A stretch of DNA of 64,000 nucleotides, taken from IMG/VR virus record IMGVR_UViG_3300042566_001512, positions 1-64,000 of that record; one strand, 5' to 3'. The notes beneath the pieces are model-generated. The model was not told where the DNA came from, did not search any database, and worked only from the letters and a program-made list of their open reading frames with translations. Both the position numbers and the translations under genes were made by a program. Positions 40,468-50,208 of this stretch are shown piece by piece (within the stretch, counting starts at the first letter, position 1; the number at the start of each line of letters is the position of its first letter).

Positions 40468-41894
40468 TTAGACATTACCTCGATTGGGATTAGTCCTTGC
40501 ATGTGATGATTTTCTCTTAGCTCTCTTTGCTCTTTTCCGCAGGAGGGGCATTTATAAGTAGGTATTGCAATGAGCGATACCGTAGAATCATCGATGAATT
40601 CTTTTATTTTTGTTTGAAAAGTCGTTCGAAGCTGATCATCTGCGGATACGTCTCCGACCACGTTTTCAATTTCTTCTCTTTCCGAATATTCGGTGTCTAA
40701 GTAGTTTATTGATTTTACGAAATGCGCATATTGCCTCATCACGGTAGCCTTAGCCTGCTTAATGAGATATTCGTCTCGTTCCTTCTCGTCCTGTATTAGA
40801 ACTTTAGGATAAGTCTCTTCTATTTCAGAAATCCACCTATAACCGGAATCTATGTGTTCTTGCGCAGTATCTATGGCTATAGTAAAGCTCAAATCTTCGC
40901 TTAGCTTAATAGCCCTGGGATGACCATTTAAGAATTCGTCCTTATAGATGCTCAACGATTCCACCGAGACGCTTGCCTTGTCGCGTTTTGCCATGTGTGC
41001 GATTTGTCTTGCCGTAAGACGTGTCTTGTCAACAAAAAGCAACTTAGATGGATCTAAAAGCTCCGTTACCACATGGCTGCACCTCTCGGGATCACTGGTA
41101 CATGCTCTTTGGTATTGAACCCCGTTTGGCCAAATGGCGCAAACCATCCCCCAAAAAAGGGTTGGCATATCCAGTACATTCATATATTTTTTTATGCTGT
41201 CCCCGTCTGGCAAAATAAGACTAGTGCTCAATATGTGATCTTCGCAGAAGTTCAACATTGCTGCAGAAGAAAAAGAGGTATTGTTGGAGAAGATTAAACC
41301 ATAGGTTGCTCTTCCTAGGCTAACCTTCTCCTCGGTCAAGGCCCTGTACAGCTCCAAAATAGCAGACTCTGAAGGGGCTTTAAATCTAACCCAGAATCCA
41401 GAATGCCACAACGGAACATTAAATGTACCGCCCAGATCAAGGGACTGCCTGATCATCAGGCGAAGGTTTTCACCAGTGAGTTTTTGATTTGGGCCCACCT
41501 TGGCTTTTGCCATCCCTAGGAAAAGAGGCCCTACCGAGGAATCTATCTTCTGTTGAAAATGTGCATCTGCTCTACTTACTGTTGGTACAAAAGCACTGCC
41601 ATAGGCCACAGATTCCATAGACCCCTGCAAAACAGACAGCCAGTGGGAATTAAAGTCAGATACTTTATTGCCCACTTTTGTAACCCGGTCTCTAACAGAA
41701 TCGGACAGATCCGACGGAAGCACGATATTTTCTTTTTCAAAATCTATGCCGTCCTGTAGAGGTTTGCTATATTCTCCATCCAACGTGAAATTAGCAGGAA
41801 GTGGAGTTACTACTTTCGGTTGTTCGGAATCAAACTTTTCAGAATCGTTTTTTGGTTCTGGAATTTCTGGTAAAAAGTCTTCTACGATTGACAT
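40419..41894 (-). CDS. Conserved protein (phiKZ gp77-like); putative baseplate-hub/tail assembly chaperone with CPSCG Zn finger
   Basis: VPLWHSGFW, C-x6-C, CPSCG; ends in the slippery NFF sequence. Confidence 0.7.
   Translation of the reverse strand: MSIVEDFLPEIPEPKNDSEKFDSEQPKVVTPLPANFTLDGEYSKPLQDGIDFEKENIVLPSDLSDSVRDRVTKVGNKVSDFNSHWLSVLQGSMESVAYGSAFVPTVSRADAHFQQKIDSSVGPLFLGMAKAKVGPNQKLTGENLRLMIRQSLDLGGTFNVPLWHSGFWVRFKAPSESAILELYRALTEEKVSLGRATYGLIFSNNTSFSSAAMLNFCEDHILSTSLILPDGDSIKKYMNVLDMPTLFWGMVCAIWPNGVQYQRACTSDPERCSHVVTELLDPSKLLFVDKTRLTARQIAHMAKRDKASVSVESLSIYKDEFLNGHPRAIKLSEDLSFTIAIDTAQEHIDSGYRWISEIEETYPKVLIQDEKERDEYLIKQAKATVMRQYAHFVKSINYLDTEYSEREEIENVVGDVSADDQLRTTFQTKIKEFIDDSTVSLIAIPTYKCPSCGKEQRELRENHHMQGLIPIEVMSNFFILAVQKIRRIEQR
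40461..40467 (-). promoter_or_regulatory. Slippery heptamer T TTT TTT (-1 programmed frameshift site)
   Basis: In-frame AAT TTT TTT ATA; GAGGT SD-like sequence 9 nt upstream. Confidence 0.65.
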
Positions 41895-41898
41895 TTGA

Positions 41899-42435
41899 TT
41901 ATTCTCCTTTAATCACTGCGTCTGATATAACGTTGACGTCGGTAATATCGTTTTGTTTATTTTGAATGAGGGCGGCCATGGCTTCTTGCGCAGGAGCAAT
42001 CTGTTCCAATATGTGGCAAATTACAGGAACGATATTGGCATCGTATATTTCCACGATTTCCTGATATCTACCATTAATCTGAATAACCTCAAGACCTTCT
42101 TCTGGGCTGGAAATCCCCCCAGTTTTGTCTTTGTGATTTTCATGGACGGCGTTAAGTCGCTGCACGTGCTCCATGATGTCTTTATTCAAAAGACTTACGT
42201 TATCTGCCAGTTTTTGTGGATCGTTAATTAGTACGGCAAGTTCTGGCGTGTCCACGATTACTGCCAACTGAGCAGCAAGCTGCCCTTCTACGTTGTGTAT
42301 GGCCTGGGTGGCTACTTCGTAGTGTTTATTGCAGTCATCCCAAAAACCGTTATTTTTTAACGATTTTTTATTTTGTATTGCATCAATTACGCGCTGGTGA
42401 CCTTTGCTGGGTCCTTTGATTTTGTGAGAGCTCAT
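41899..42435 (-). CDS. Hypothetical helical protein
   Basis: 178 aa, AAAGGA RBS. Confidence 0.7.
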   Translation of the reverse strand: MSSHKIKGPSKGHQRVIDAIQNKKSLKNNGFWDDCNKHYEVATQAIHNVEGQLAAQLAVIVDTPELAVLINDPQKLADNVSLLNKDIMEHVQRLNAVHENHKDKTGGISSPEEGLEVIQINGRYQEIVEIYDANIVPVICHILEQIAPAQEAMAALIQNKQNDITDVNVISDAVIKGE

Positions 42436-42599
42436 TTTTGATTTTCCTTTGATTATTAAATAAATGGATAAAATATTTTTTGTTTAAAAAATAAGTGGAC
42501 GTAAATAATCTGACAACGTACTCGGCGAGCTTCGTTCAAAGTATGTTAAGATATAATATCATTTTTAACAGTTTACACTAACACGAAAGAATATCTAAA

Positions 42600-43493
42600 A
42601 TGATTTATGAAGAGCTTAGGAACCTGATATCTCTAACACGCGCAGATAACACGGTAGATACTTTTGATTCAGCAATACGGCTATTTGAAACCATGGGTCA
42701 GGATGACTACATGGATATTTTTTCAGCAACTATTAACTCTTCACCAAACCTAACAGAAGAAGAATTAATACTAGAATTAATAAATGACTTAACTTTGTTA
42801 ATCAACAACATATTCTCTATACAGGGCGTTGTTCTGGCAGAGGAAGTAATTCTTAGTGACAAGGTAAAATTGGCCAAGGGACTTATTGACATCTTTGACT
42901 ACTCAGACCGTCCGACCTTGGTAAGAATAGTAGAGACAGACCTTAACCCAGAAGAACAGCTTTCTGAGCTACTGGGCCTGGTTACAGAATACAACGTCGA
43001 AACTATTTTTTCTTTTATTCAGGAAGTAAATCCGGGATTACCGCAAAGACTGAAAGATACAATTTTAGAAGAAGCAATAGACCAGATTTACTCCGAGGTA
43101 ATGAAATCAATAATAACTCTATATTTATCTTTTAAAGAAAAACTGATGGAAAACCGTCCGTTTTACACAGATAAACACGTGTCTGAAATAAGCACAATAG
43201 GTAGACAATATTCGTTTTATCTTGATGATCTGCTTAAGAACAAAGACTTCGTTGACCTGTTATCTAAATTAGATAATGTTGGTAAAATAGGCGGCGATGA
43301 TATTTTTGAGGAAGTTAGTAAATACCTAATAGGAATAGCGTGCCTGTCAGAAGACGGATTTACTAATATACTTGAAGTCATCAGGTCTAATATGGATAAG
43401 ATAACCAGCAACATGACCACCAATTCTAAGCTGCAAACTTATATATCTAAATATCTAATTAAACTAACTAGCACAGGAGCGGTTAATGAATAA
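42600..43493 (+). CDS. Conserved hypothetical protein (phiKZ gp79-like)
   Basis: 297 aa, acidic; precedes the vRNAP subunit. Confidence 0.6.
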   Translation: MIYEELRNLISLTRADNTVDTFDSAIRLFETMGQDDYMDIFSATINSSPNLTEEELILELINDLTLLINNIFSIQGVVLAEEVILSDKVKLAKGLIDIFDYSDRPTLVRIVETDLNPEEQLSELLGLVTEYNVETIFSFIQEVNPGLPQRLKDTILEEAIDQIYSEVMKSIITLYLSFKEKLMENRPFYTDKHVSEISTIGRQYSFYLDDLLKNKDFVDLLSKLDNVGKIGGDDIFEEVSKYLIGIACLSEDGFTNILEVIRSNMDKITSNMTTNSKLQTYISKYLIKLTSTGAVNE

Positions 43494-44781
43494 AAGAGAT
43501 CTATTCATAAAGGCAATGAAAAATGGCCTTTATAAAAAACTAGAATGGGTAATATCCGCTTTCTCTATTTCACAAGACACGGATTCGGCTTTTGCTTATA
43601 AAATAAAAACTGACCCTACGGGACATTATTACTTAAATCCTGATAATTTAAAAGAATACATTAAAATAGAGGATGGTTTACCGGGCCAACCTCTGTACAA
43701 AGCTAAAGATACACTTACGATCTCAAACGAAGACATAGTAAATCTAAATGAAGAGCTGGTAACGACTTACGGGAATCTTCTAGCTAACTATGTTTTACTG
43801 GTATATCCGTTTGGAAAGAAAATACCTTACATTAATAAGAAAATAGAACTTGGAAGCATAGAGAAATTCATTCTCCCTATATTTAAAAGTAATCCACCAA
43901 ACGGGGCAGAAAGAGACCCCAAATACATTTACGTTGACGAATATATAGCTTTAGGAAATGCTGTTATATATTGCTGCAGCTTTTCGCAGCTATTTACTTG
44001 GGGCCTCACTGAGAAAATAGTAATACCCCCAGACTGGGTGAAGAAAGAAAAGGCTAAGCTGCTTGAGCAGTATAAGGATCGACTAAACGAGGCCGCCGTG
44101 GTGGCCATTATAGATTCTGAGCTTGTAAAAAAATATAAAGAATATATAAAAGACGACCCCGGGGCAAATTTTCTCATAAGCTCAAAGTCTACCAATACGG
44201 TAGCAAAAAAGAAGTACTTGATGGTGGGTGGCGAAATGGGTCTAAACGAAGACACAGTAAACGTCGATCTTATTCAAAATTCTCTAGCAGAGGGCTGGGA
44301 CCTTGATAAATTTCCAGTAATGTTAAATACCTTAAGAGCCGGCTCATATAACCGAGGGGCGCAAACGGTTTTAGGCGGCGTTGCAGTTAAGGGTCTACTC
44401 AGAGCCTCGGCTAACCTAAACGTAACCGAGGATGACTGTGGCTCCAATCTAGGTATGGTTGCAGACATAGAGCAGTCAAATCTAGAAAAATTTGTAGGCC
44501 TTAGTGTTATTACAAAAGAAGGCAGTCTGTTAATGCGGACAAAAGAGGATGTCGGCGAATACATGGGTAAGCGTATATTGGTTAGATCGCCGATGTATTG
44601 TAAACTGGATAAAACAGATTACTGTAAAGTATGTCTGGGTGAACGCTTAGCAAATAACCCCGAAGGTTTAAGTATTGCGGTCTCGGAATACGGCAGCACG
44701 TTTCTAGGAATATTTATGTCTGCTGCGCACTCAAAATCTTTACAACTAGCAAGAATGAATTGGAAAACGGCAATAAAGTGA
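43486..44781 (+). CDS. Virion RNAP beta' middle subunit (phiKZ gp80-like)
   Basis: SLAEGW, RAGSYNRGAQT, EDDCGS, VRSPMYC…YCKVCLG, FMSAAH. Confidence 0.85.
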   Translation: MNKRDLFIKAMKNGLYKKLEWVISAFSISQDTDSAFAYKIKTDPTGHYYLNPDNLKEYIKIEDGLPGQPLYKAKDTLTISNEDIVNLNEELVTTYGNLLANYVLLVYPFGKKIPYINKKIELGSIEKFILPIFKSNPPNGAERDPKYIYVDEYIALGNAVIYCCSFSQLFTWGLTEKIVIPPDWVKKEKAKLLEQYKDRLNEAAVVAIIDSELVKKYKEYIKDDPGANFLISSKSTNTVAKKKYLMVGGEMGLNEDTVNVDLIQNSLAEGWDLDKFPVMLNTLRAGSYNRGAQTVLGGVAVKGLLRASANLNVTEDDCGSNLGMVADIEQSNLEKFVGLSVITKEGSLLMRTKEDVGEYMGKRILVRSPMYCKLDKTDYCKVCLGERLANNPEGLSIAVSEYGSTFLGIFMSAAHSKSLQLARMNWKTAIK

Positions 44782-44881
44782 TATTTTTATTATTAAATGG
44801 ACTTCTAAGATTTTCTTTTTTGGGTGCCGTTACTAAAGAATGATCTGAGTAAATCCTTTTATATCAATAAGGTAATTATTT

Positions 44882-45625
44882 ATGTCCAGGAAAACAAAAT
44901 TTAAACCACAACCAAAGGTAAGCGAAATGAAACAAGATGCAAACGTCGAGATACAAGAATCCACATCCGGGGTCGTTCAAGAAGACCAAAAGATTGAACA
45001 AGTGACGACAAACGAAGTGGTCGCCGGTGAAGAGCAAGTAGCCAAGGAAGTCATTGAGCTCATCGCGGTGAAAGATATCCCGGTTCAAGAAAAACCAACT
45101 GTGCAAGAATCGGCTCCAATTAACACAGTGGCAGAGAAAGAAAAAGAAGTAAGTCCTTACTCCGAGGGTCTTACCAAACTGCTGGATCTTTGTAAACAAA
45201 CCAAAAACGTTTCTCTCATTAACTACGTGAATGAGTTGCTGGACTACGCGCAGAAAATGGCGCCGGACCAGACGATGACGCGTGAACTTGGCGCAGCTAA
45301 TCAGGCCGCCTTTTATAATACACTGGTGTGCATTATCGACCACACGGGCAAAGACTTCCGTCTTGGTTTTGCCACCATGTTGGCGATTTTTAACGAATAC
45401 AAAAAAGGCGCTTTTAGTGGAACACACGTATTGCGTTTTATGGAAGACGTTCCGCTTAACAAAAACAAGCGAGACGCTTTTATTAAAATGGTCAACTTGT
45501 TCAGCATGACGGCCGACTCCAAGACCAGAAAAGCCGCACTGAAGCACGTTGATCTAAAGCGCGAACTAACCAACGGCGTCAGTGACGAGGGCAAGGCCCG
45601 CATCGCTAGCTTTTACTCGGTCTAA
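44882..45625 (+). CDS. Hypothetical protein with acidic disordered N-terminus
   Basis: 247 aa, TAAGGT RBS. Confidence 0.7.
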   Translation: MSRKTKFKPQPKVSEMKQDANVEIQESTSGVVQEDQKIEQVTTNEVVAGEEQVAKEVIELIAVKDIPVQEKPTVQESAPINTVAEKEKEVSPYSEGLTKLLDLCKQTKNVSLINYVNELLDYAQKMAPDQTMTRELGAANQAAFYNTLVCIIDHTGKDFRLGFATMLAIFNEYKKGAFSGTHVLRFMEDVPLNKNKRDAFIKMVNLFSMTADSKTRKAALKHVDLKRELTNGVSDEGKARIASFYSV

Positions 45626-45645
45626 TACCGACTAAAAATAAACAA

Positions 45646-45676
45646 ATACACCCCCGAATTACTTCGGGGGTGTATG
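45646..45676 (+). terminator. Hairpin ending in TATG
   Basis: atacacccccgaa/ttcgggggtgtat. Confidence 0.65.
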
Positions 45677-45743
45677 CCGATAATAAAAGTAAGATGTTGT
45701 CGATGATATGTGTCCCTCAATTAAACAATAAGGCGACGTTTTT

Positions 45744-46085
45744 ATGATTATGTCAGATCTGCCCATTTCCCCGTCCCCAGTATCGGTCACCGGAATAGAG
45801 AGAGGGGAATATTTTGCAGTAGACGTACTAGGTCACGCGATGATATACTTGTGCAGGACATGCGCTCACGGGGTTGTGTTTGATGACAGACAAGAACCAA
45901 AGCCATTTAGGGCAACGGAATGTTACTGCATAAGAAGAGAGGCCTATTCGAACATAGAGAAATTAAAGTATCAATGTATCACCGATAGAAACAATGCACT
46001 AGGAATAAAAGAAAAACATAAAACTTATGTAGAGGACCGATTGGAAAAACTTGCTATTAAATACAATAAAGATAAGAGAAATTAA
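45744..46085 (+). CDS. Hypothetical protein
   Basis: 113-aa ORF bounded by hairpins. Confidence 0.6.
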   Translation: MIMSDLPISPSPVSVTGIERGEYFAVDVLGHAMIYLCRTCAHGVVFDDRQEPKPFRATECYCIRREAYSNIEKLKYQCITDRNNALGIKEKHKTYVEDRLEKLAIKYNKDKRN

Positions 46086-46090
46086 AAACA

Positions 46091-46128
46091 CGTCATATAG
46101 CCCCGGTTTTGTCCGGGGCTATATGACG
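46091..46128. terminator. Hairpin between convergent genes, CATA…TATG family
   Basis: cgtcatatagccccgg/ccggggctatatgacg. Confidence 0.8.
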
Positions 46129-46133
46129 CAGAC

Positions 46134-46455
46134 TTAAATATTTTTATTGAACGCTTCTAACATCTGATCCAGGTTAGGCATTCCCAACAGATTAGTGCAA
46201 ATCTCTACTGCGTTTACGTGTCCAGCGGAAAGATTTATGGTGCACATTCTTTTTGTATGTTCATCTACTCCTTCTACTGAGGATAACTCTTTTTTAGTAG
46301 TTTCCTTTGAGATGTTTAATGCTATCCCTCCATTAGGGTAAGACCCAGCAACGTCAAGGTCAACGGCACCGATTCTTATATTAGTCCTTAAATTTGGGTT
46401 TTCTTTTATTAAACAAATCCCATTATCATCAACCAGATATGATTGTAACATAACA
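46134..46455 (-). CDS. DNA polymerase exonuclease/motif-A subunit, exon 2
   Basis: PolB motif A DLDVAGSYP, ALNISKET. Confidence 0.82.
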
Positions 46456-46858
46456 CTATATTGTTCAGACAGATTCGCTACTACCTATCCCGCATTTCTA
46501 AATGCGAAAGCTACATGTCTCCATGTAGAACAGACCATATCTTCGCCCATTTATGGCGGATACCTTTTCCACTTGGCTTCAAGTGTACTCCCTGGGATGG
46601 GATGGTCGTTGAACCTTACGCGTATCCTGCTTCACAGCGGTATTTAGCGTCTTGGCTGCTGATTGTCTCTATTCAATTAATTTTCAAACCTTTTCGCATA
46701 GACTTTCGTCTTTCGTTTTGGTCTAATTGACTTGGCGAGAGTTTCCAGCAATTAAATATCTTTTTCGATGCGAATTTCTGCGCAAAGGGACTGCTGGATA
46801 AAAACAAAAAAACATTCTATTTAAAAGAAAGTTTTTCATATGTTTTTATACCGATTTA
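46456..46858 (-). mobile_element. ORF-less group I intron (IA2-like), 403 nt
   Basis: Minus strand: P AATTGCTGGAAA, Q AATCAGCAGC, R GGTTCAACGACCA, S AAGATATGGTCT, P7 GACCA/TGGTC; exon GGAT|T pairs with AGTCC (plus 46788-92) giving a U-G pair; terminal G 46456; splicing restores GWIVMLQS. Confidence 0.88.
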
Positions 46859-48198
46859 ATCCACCCTGATAATTCAGGAGTAAGGCTATCTAGCTCCGTG
46901 GTCATTTCGCTAGAAACAGAACCTACTACTCTATCGTTGTTCAAGCAAAAATAATGAAGTTTATCAGATGTTCTCTTAGGTTGAGATTTAAAATCACTAA
47001 AATCACTGCAGCCTGTGAATGTTGGCAATGAAAGCGATAGATCGTTAGTTATTTCGTCCAACACCTCCATGGAAATACAGTCGAACATGTTGTAAACTAC
47101 GTATTCTAGAGGATACTTTTCTTGCATTACTTGGTGCCACATTAGGCCGGTATATTCCTTTGTTTGCTCGAACTTTAATTTAGTTATCCCCGCTTTTAAC
47201 TGAAGGATAGAGTCTAGAGCATAGCTGGGCTCTTCTGGTTCCCCGGTCCTCACGTGCTTGTAGGTACACATTGCATCTATCCACGTAAAGGAAGCCGGAG
47301 AGGTAACAGAGTGCCACCTGGCGGCTGGGGGTATGGACATTGTAAGGCCGGACGCTGTAGTCTTTTTTGCTGGGCCCTTTTTAAAGTTAAAAGTCCTGTA
47401 TCGAGCAGGCACCTTTGGATCGTTTAGAATGTCTGCTATGTTTACATTAGCTCTTTCGCAAGCCGATATGATCTTATCCATATCGAATTCGATATTCCAA
47501 ACAGCCAGAAAGTCCGGCATCCACTCGTGCGCTTTGGCCATCGTCAGTTTAACAATATCTATTTCTTTATCTACGACGGCTATCTCTATTTGTATATTTC
47601 TTTCTTTAATGTATTTTTCTAAAATTACATTAGCAATATCTCGTATTCTCTGAACTGCGTTACTCTGACCAGTAAGGAATTTCCTCTGAATCACCGTAAT
47701 TAGCCTGGTCTTATACGAAACAGTGGCCATTACTATTTCACCGGTACCGTGAACGACATCAGTCTCAGTATCAAAAACTGCTACCGAGTACTTAGTGCGC
47801 TTAGTCCATTTATCTGCATATGACTGTTTTATCATAGCGGTTGAACTAATGTCGGTTCCGTAGACATATGGAGAGGCTTGGAGCTTCTTCAAATTACCCT
47901 TAAACCAGGGTGTGCCAAGTGCCGCCGCCACTGACCTAGTTAAATCCGACTGAGTGGATTTGAATTCATTTAAATTTTCAATGTGCTCCCACTCTTTCTT
48001 ATCCTTATGGTTTTGCATTCCCTTTTTAGTAATGAAAAAATTTCTTTTATAATCTATAACCGACCTCAAATTAGGCGCGGTGACTCCATTTTTATAATGC
48101 ACTATTTCTTTGATAAGGTGATAATCGCTATAATCACCCTCTTCAGTCGAGCGACTGTATGTAGCAAATCGGCATTCAATTGCTTCGATGTCGGACAT
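46859..48198 (-). CDS. DNA polymerase 3'-5' exonuclease subunit, exon 1 (phiKZ gp82-like)
   Basis: ExoI FDTETD, ExoII WNIEFD, ExoIII YNMFD; start MSDIE at 48198 with AAAGGA; spliced product about 553 aa. Confidence 0.85.
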
Positions 48199-48281
48199 CG
48201 GGGATCCTTTGTATGAAATGTCTATGACTGAACTCATCAAATTTATCAGGATATATATATATTTAACTTAACAGAGGCGAT

Positions 48282-49595
48282 ATGGTAAACAATACGGGAC
48301 TCGAGAGCATTAAATTTCAGAACAGCGACCTCTTTGACGGAATAACGGCATGCTTAGACAATATACGCAAAAAAGATAACATAAAAAATAAAACTTTTTA
48401 CAGCGACGGTGAAATAGACGAATTGTCAAAGGTTATACAAAAACATACAGGCATAGACTTTAGTTTTAGGGATGGTAATTTTGGGCCGGCGGTATATATA
48501 CCTAGATTAGACCAGCACATTTTTGACGATGCTAACGAACTAAAAGAATACCAAGAGTACATGAAGAATTTTGATCTTCACTACGACATGCGAAGAACAT
48601 TAAACACTCTGGATTCTGATCTTATAGCCGGTAGTGTTAGTTTAAAGGAATCTAAGGTAACTGGATTTTTTACTAAAATAAAATGTAAAATGTTTCTGCC
48701 CAGGTCTTATTTGAAAGACACCACTTTAACTAATGAAGAATTGGCAGCAATAATACTGCACGAGATAGGCCACGTATTTACGTCGTTTGAATATATGGAC
48801 AGGTCCGTAACCACCAATCAGTCGCTTAGTTTAATGCTGCGAGTGATGGACAGGTCCGTAAACTTTGAAGATAAAAAAGTTATATTTAGAAAAGCTAAAG
48901 ATAAACTCAGTCTGGACGACGATTCGTTTAAACTGATTATGGGGTCTAATGACAAAGAGTTTGTTACTTTAGTGGTAATGAACCAGAGAATAGAGGATTG
49001 CAAAAGTGAGTTGGGTGCCAGTGTATATGACGTTGTTTCTTGCGAATACCTAGCCGATCAATTTGCAGCCAGGCACGGAGCCGGTCGATACCTTATAAGT
49101 GGACTAGATAAAATACTAAGAAGGGGCATGAGTCCTGCTTCCAGCATATACTTCTTTGCCACGCTTAATTCGATTTTAACCGTTACTTCAGCGCTTCTGA
49201 TGGTTCCTGGTTTCGCTGGAGTGATTTTTGGCATATTGACCTTAATTGCCGTCGGCATCAGCTCCATGTTTACAGCCAGCAAGAGCGACACGGAGTTCAT
49301 TTACGATAACAATTTAACCAGGCTAAGTAGAATAAAACATCAGATGATTCAGCGGCTAAAACAGACGGACGCGCAAGAAGATGAGAAGAAGTACATTTTA
49401 AATTACTTGGATGAAGTAGAGCCAATTATTAAAAAATATTCCGATGATAATTCTTTAAAATTAAGAAATAGAGTAGCTTTCTTTTTTAGCAAAAAACACA
49501 AGTACGACTTTGAATACATGAGTCTTCAAAAAGATCTAGAACAGATGGGTAATAGCGATTTATTCGTAATGAGTGAGAAACTTAAACGCATTTAA
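48282..49595 (+). CDS. Virion protein with zincin HExxH motif and TM hairpin
   Basis: ILHEIGH, EYLADQFA, two hydrophobic helices; in the structural cluster. Confidence 0.7.
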   Translation: MVNNTGLESIKFQNSDLFDGITACLDNIRKKDNIKNKTFYSDGEIDELSKVIQKHTGIDFSFRDGNFGPAVYIPRLDQHIFDDANELKEYQEYMKNFDLHYDMRRTLNTLDSDLIAGSVSLKESKVTGFFTKIKCKMFLPRSYLKDTTLTNEELAAIILHEIGHVFTSFEYMDRSVTTNQSLSLMLRVMDRSVNFEDKKVIFRKAKDKLSLDDDSFKLIMGSNDKEFVTLVVMNQRIEDCKSELGASVYDVVSCEYLADQFAARHGAGRYLISGLDKILRRGMSPASSIYFFATLNSILTVTSALLMVPGFAGVIFGILTLIAVGISSMFTASKSDTEFIYDNNLTRLSRIKHQMIQRLKQTDAQEDEKKYILNYLDEVEPIIKKYSDDNSLKLRNRVAFFFSKKHKYDFEYMSLQKDLEQMGNSDLFVMSEKLKRI

Positions 49596-49615
49596 ACTTA
49601 AAAAGGAAATACAGA

Positions 49616-50059
49616 ATGAACACTAATCTTTTACCAATAGCGCAATACACTCAGCAATGTGCAGTGGGAATCGATGCGGTATCTATAGCCGCAGGTATGG
49701 CGGTTTCTAGATTTGTAAACCTGCCAAGCTCAGAAGTTGAGTCCGTCAACGTACACTACGTGGAGCAAGCGCAGGCAATTATCAATCAGTATTTATCCGC
49801 CATAAACGAGGATATACCTCTAGATATAGATAAAGCCACTAAGATTGCCCGCAGCTCTTATCTTCTCAGATATTTTTCGGCTTTTCCTAAATCTGACGGC
49901 TCCGTGGTGTTGCCAAGCGAAGGTAATTTCTTTGAGAAATATTTATCTATCAACATTTACTTTGACACGCCGACCAAAGAGTATGTTGACGGCAACGCGG
50001 AATTGCTTATTAATCTAATAAATCGTTTTCTGGTAGTATTGCCTTGCCTAGTTAAATAA
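49616..50059 (+). CDS. Putative virion protein (phiKZ gp85-like)
   Basis: 147 aa, AAAAGGA RBS; synteny. Confidence 0.55.
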   Translation: MNTNLLPIAQYTQQCAVGIDAVSIAAGMAVSRFVNLPSSEVESVNVHYVEQAQAIINQYLSAINEDIPLDIDKATKIARSSYLLRYFSAFPKSDGSVVLPSEGNFFEKYLSINIYFDTPTKEYVDGNAELLINLINRFLVVLPCLVK

Positions 50060-50066
50060 CGCGGAA

Positions 50067-50097
50067 CATATGCCGGCCTATCCATAGGCCGGCATAT
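50067..50097 (+). terminator. Hairpin, CATA family
   Basis: atatgccggcctat/ataggccggcatat. Confidence 0.7.
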
Positions 50098-50114
50098 TTC
50101 CTATTATAAATAAT

Positions 50115-50137
50115 AATAGTAACATATGACTAATATG
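50115..50137 (+). promoter_or_regulatory. Putative early promoter
   Basis: aatagtaacatatgac-taata-tg. Confidence 0.45.
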
Positions 50138-50208
50138 GATCGCGTCGTAATAGTGCGAACGACCAATAGTCTCCTATGCGGGGACGCAACTCATAAAGGG
50201 CATTCATC

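Noticed and set aside
44876-45547. 223-aa antisense ORF, and similar shadows at 5749..6372 and 61977..62603
   Set aside because: Almost fully overlap well-supported plus-strand genes.
46461-46730. 89-aa plus-strand ORF between the polymerase exons
   Set aside because: Antisense to the conserved ribozyme core; TTG start and no nuclease motif.
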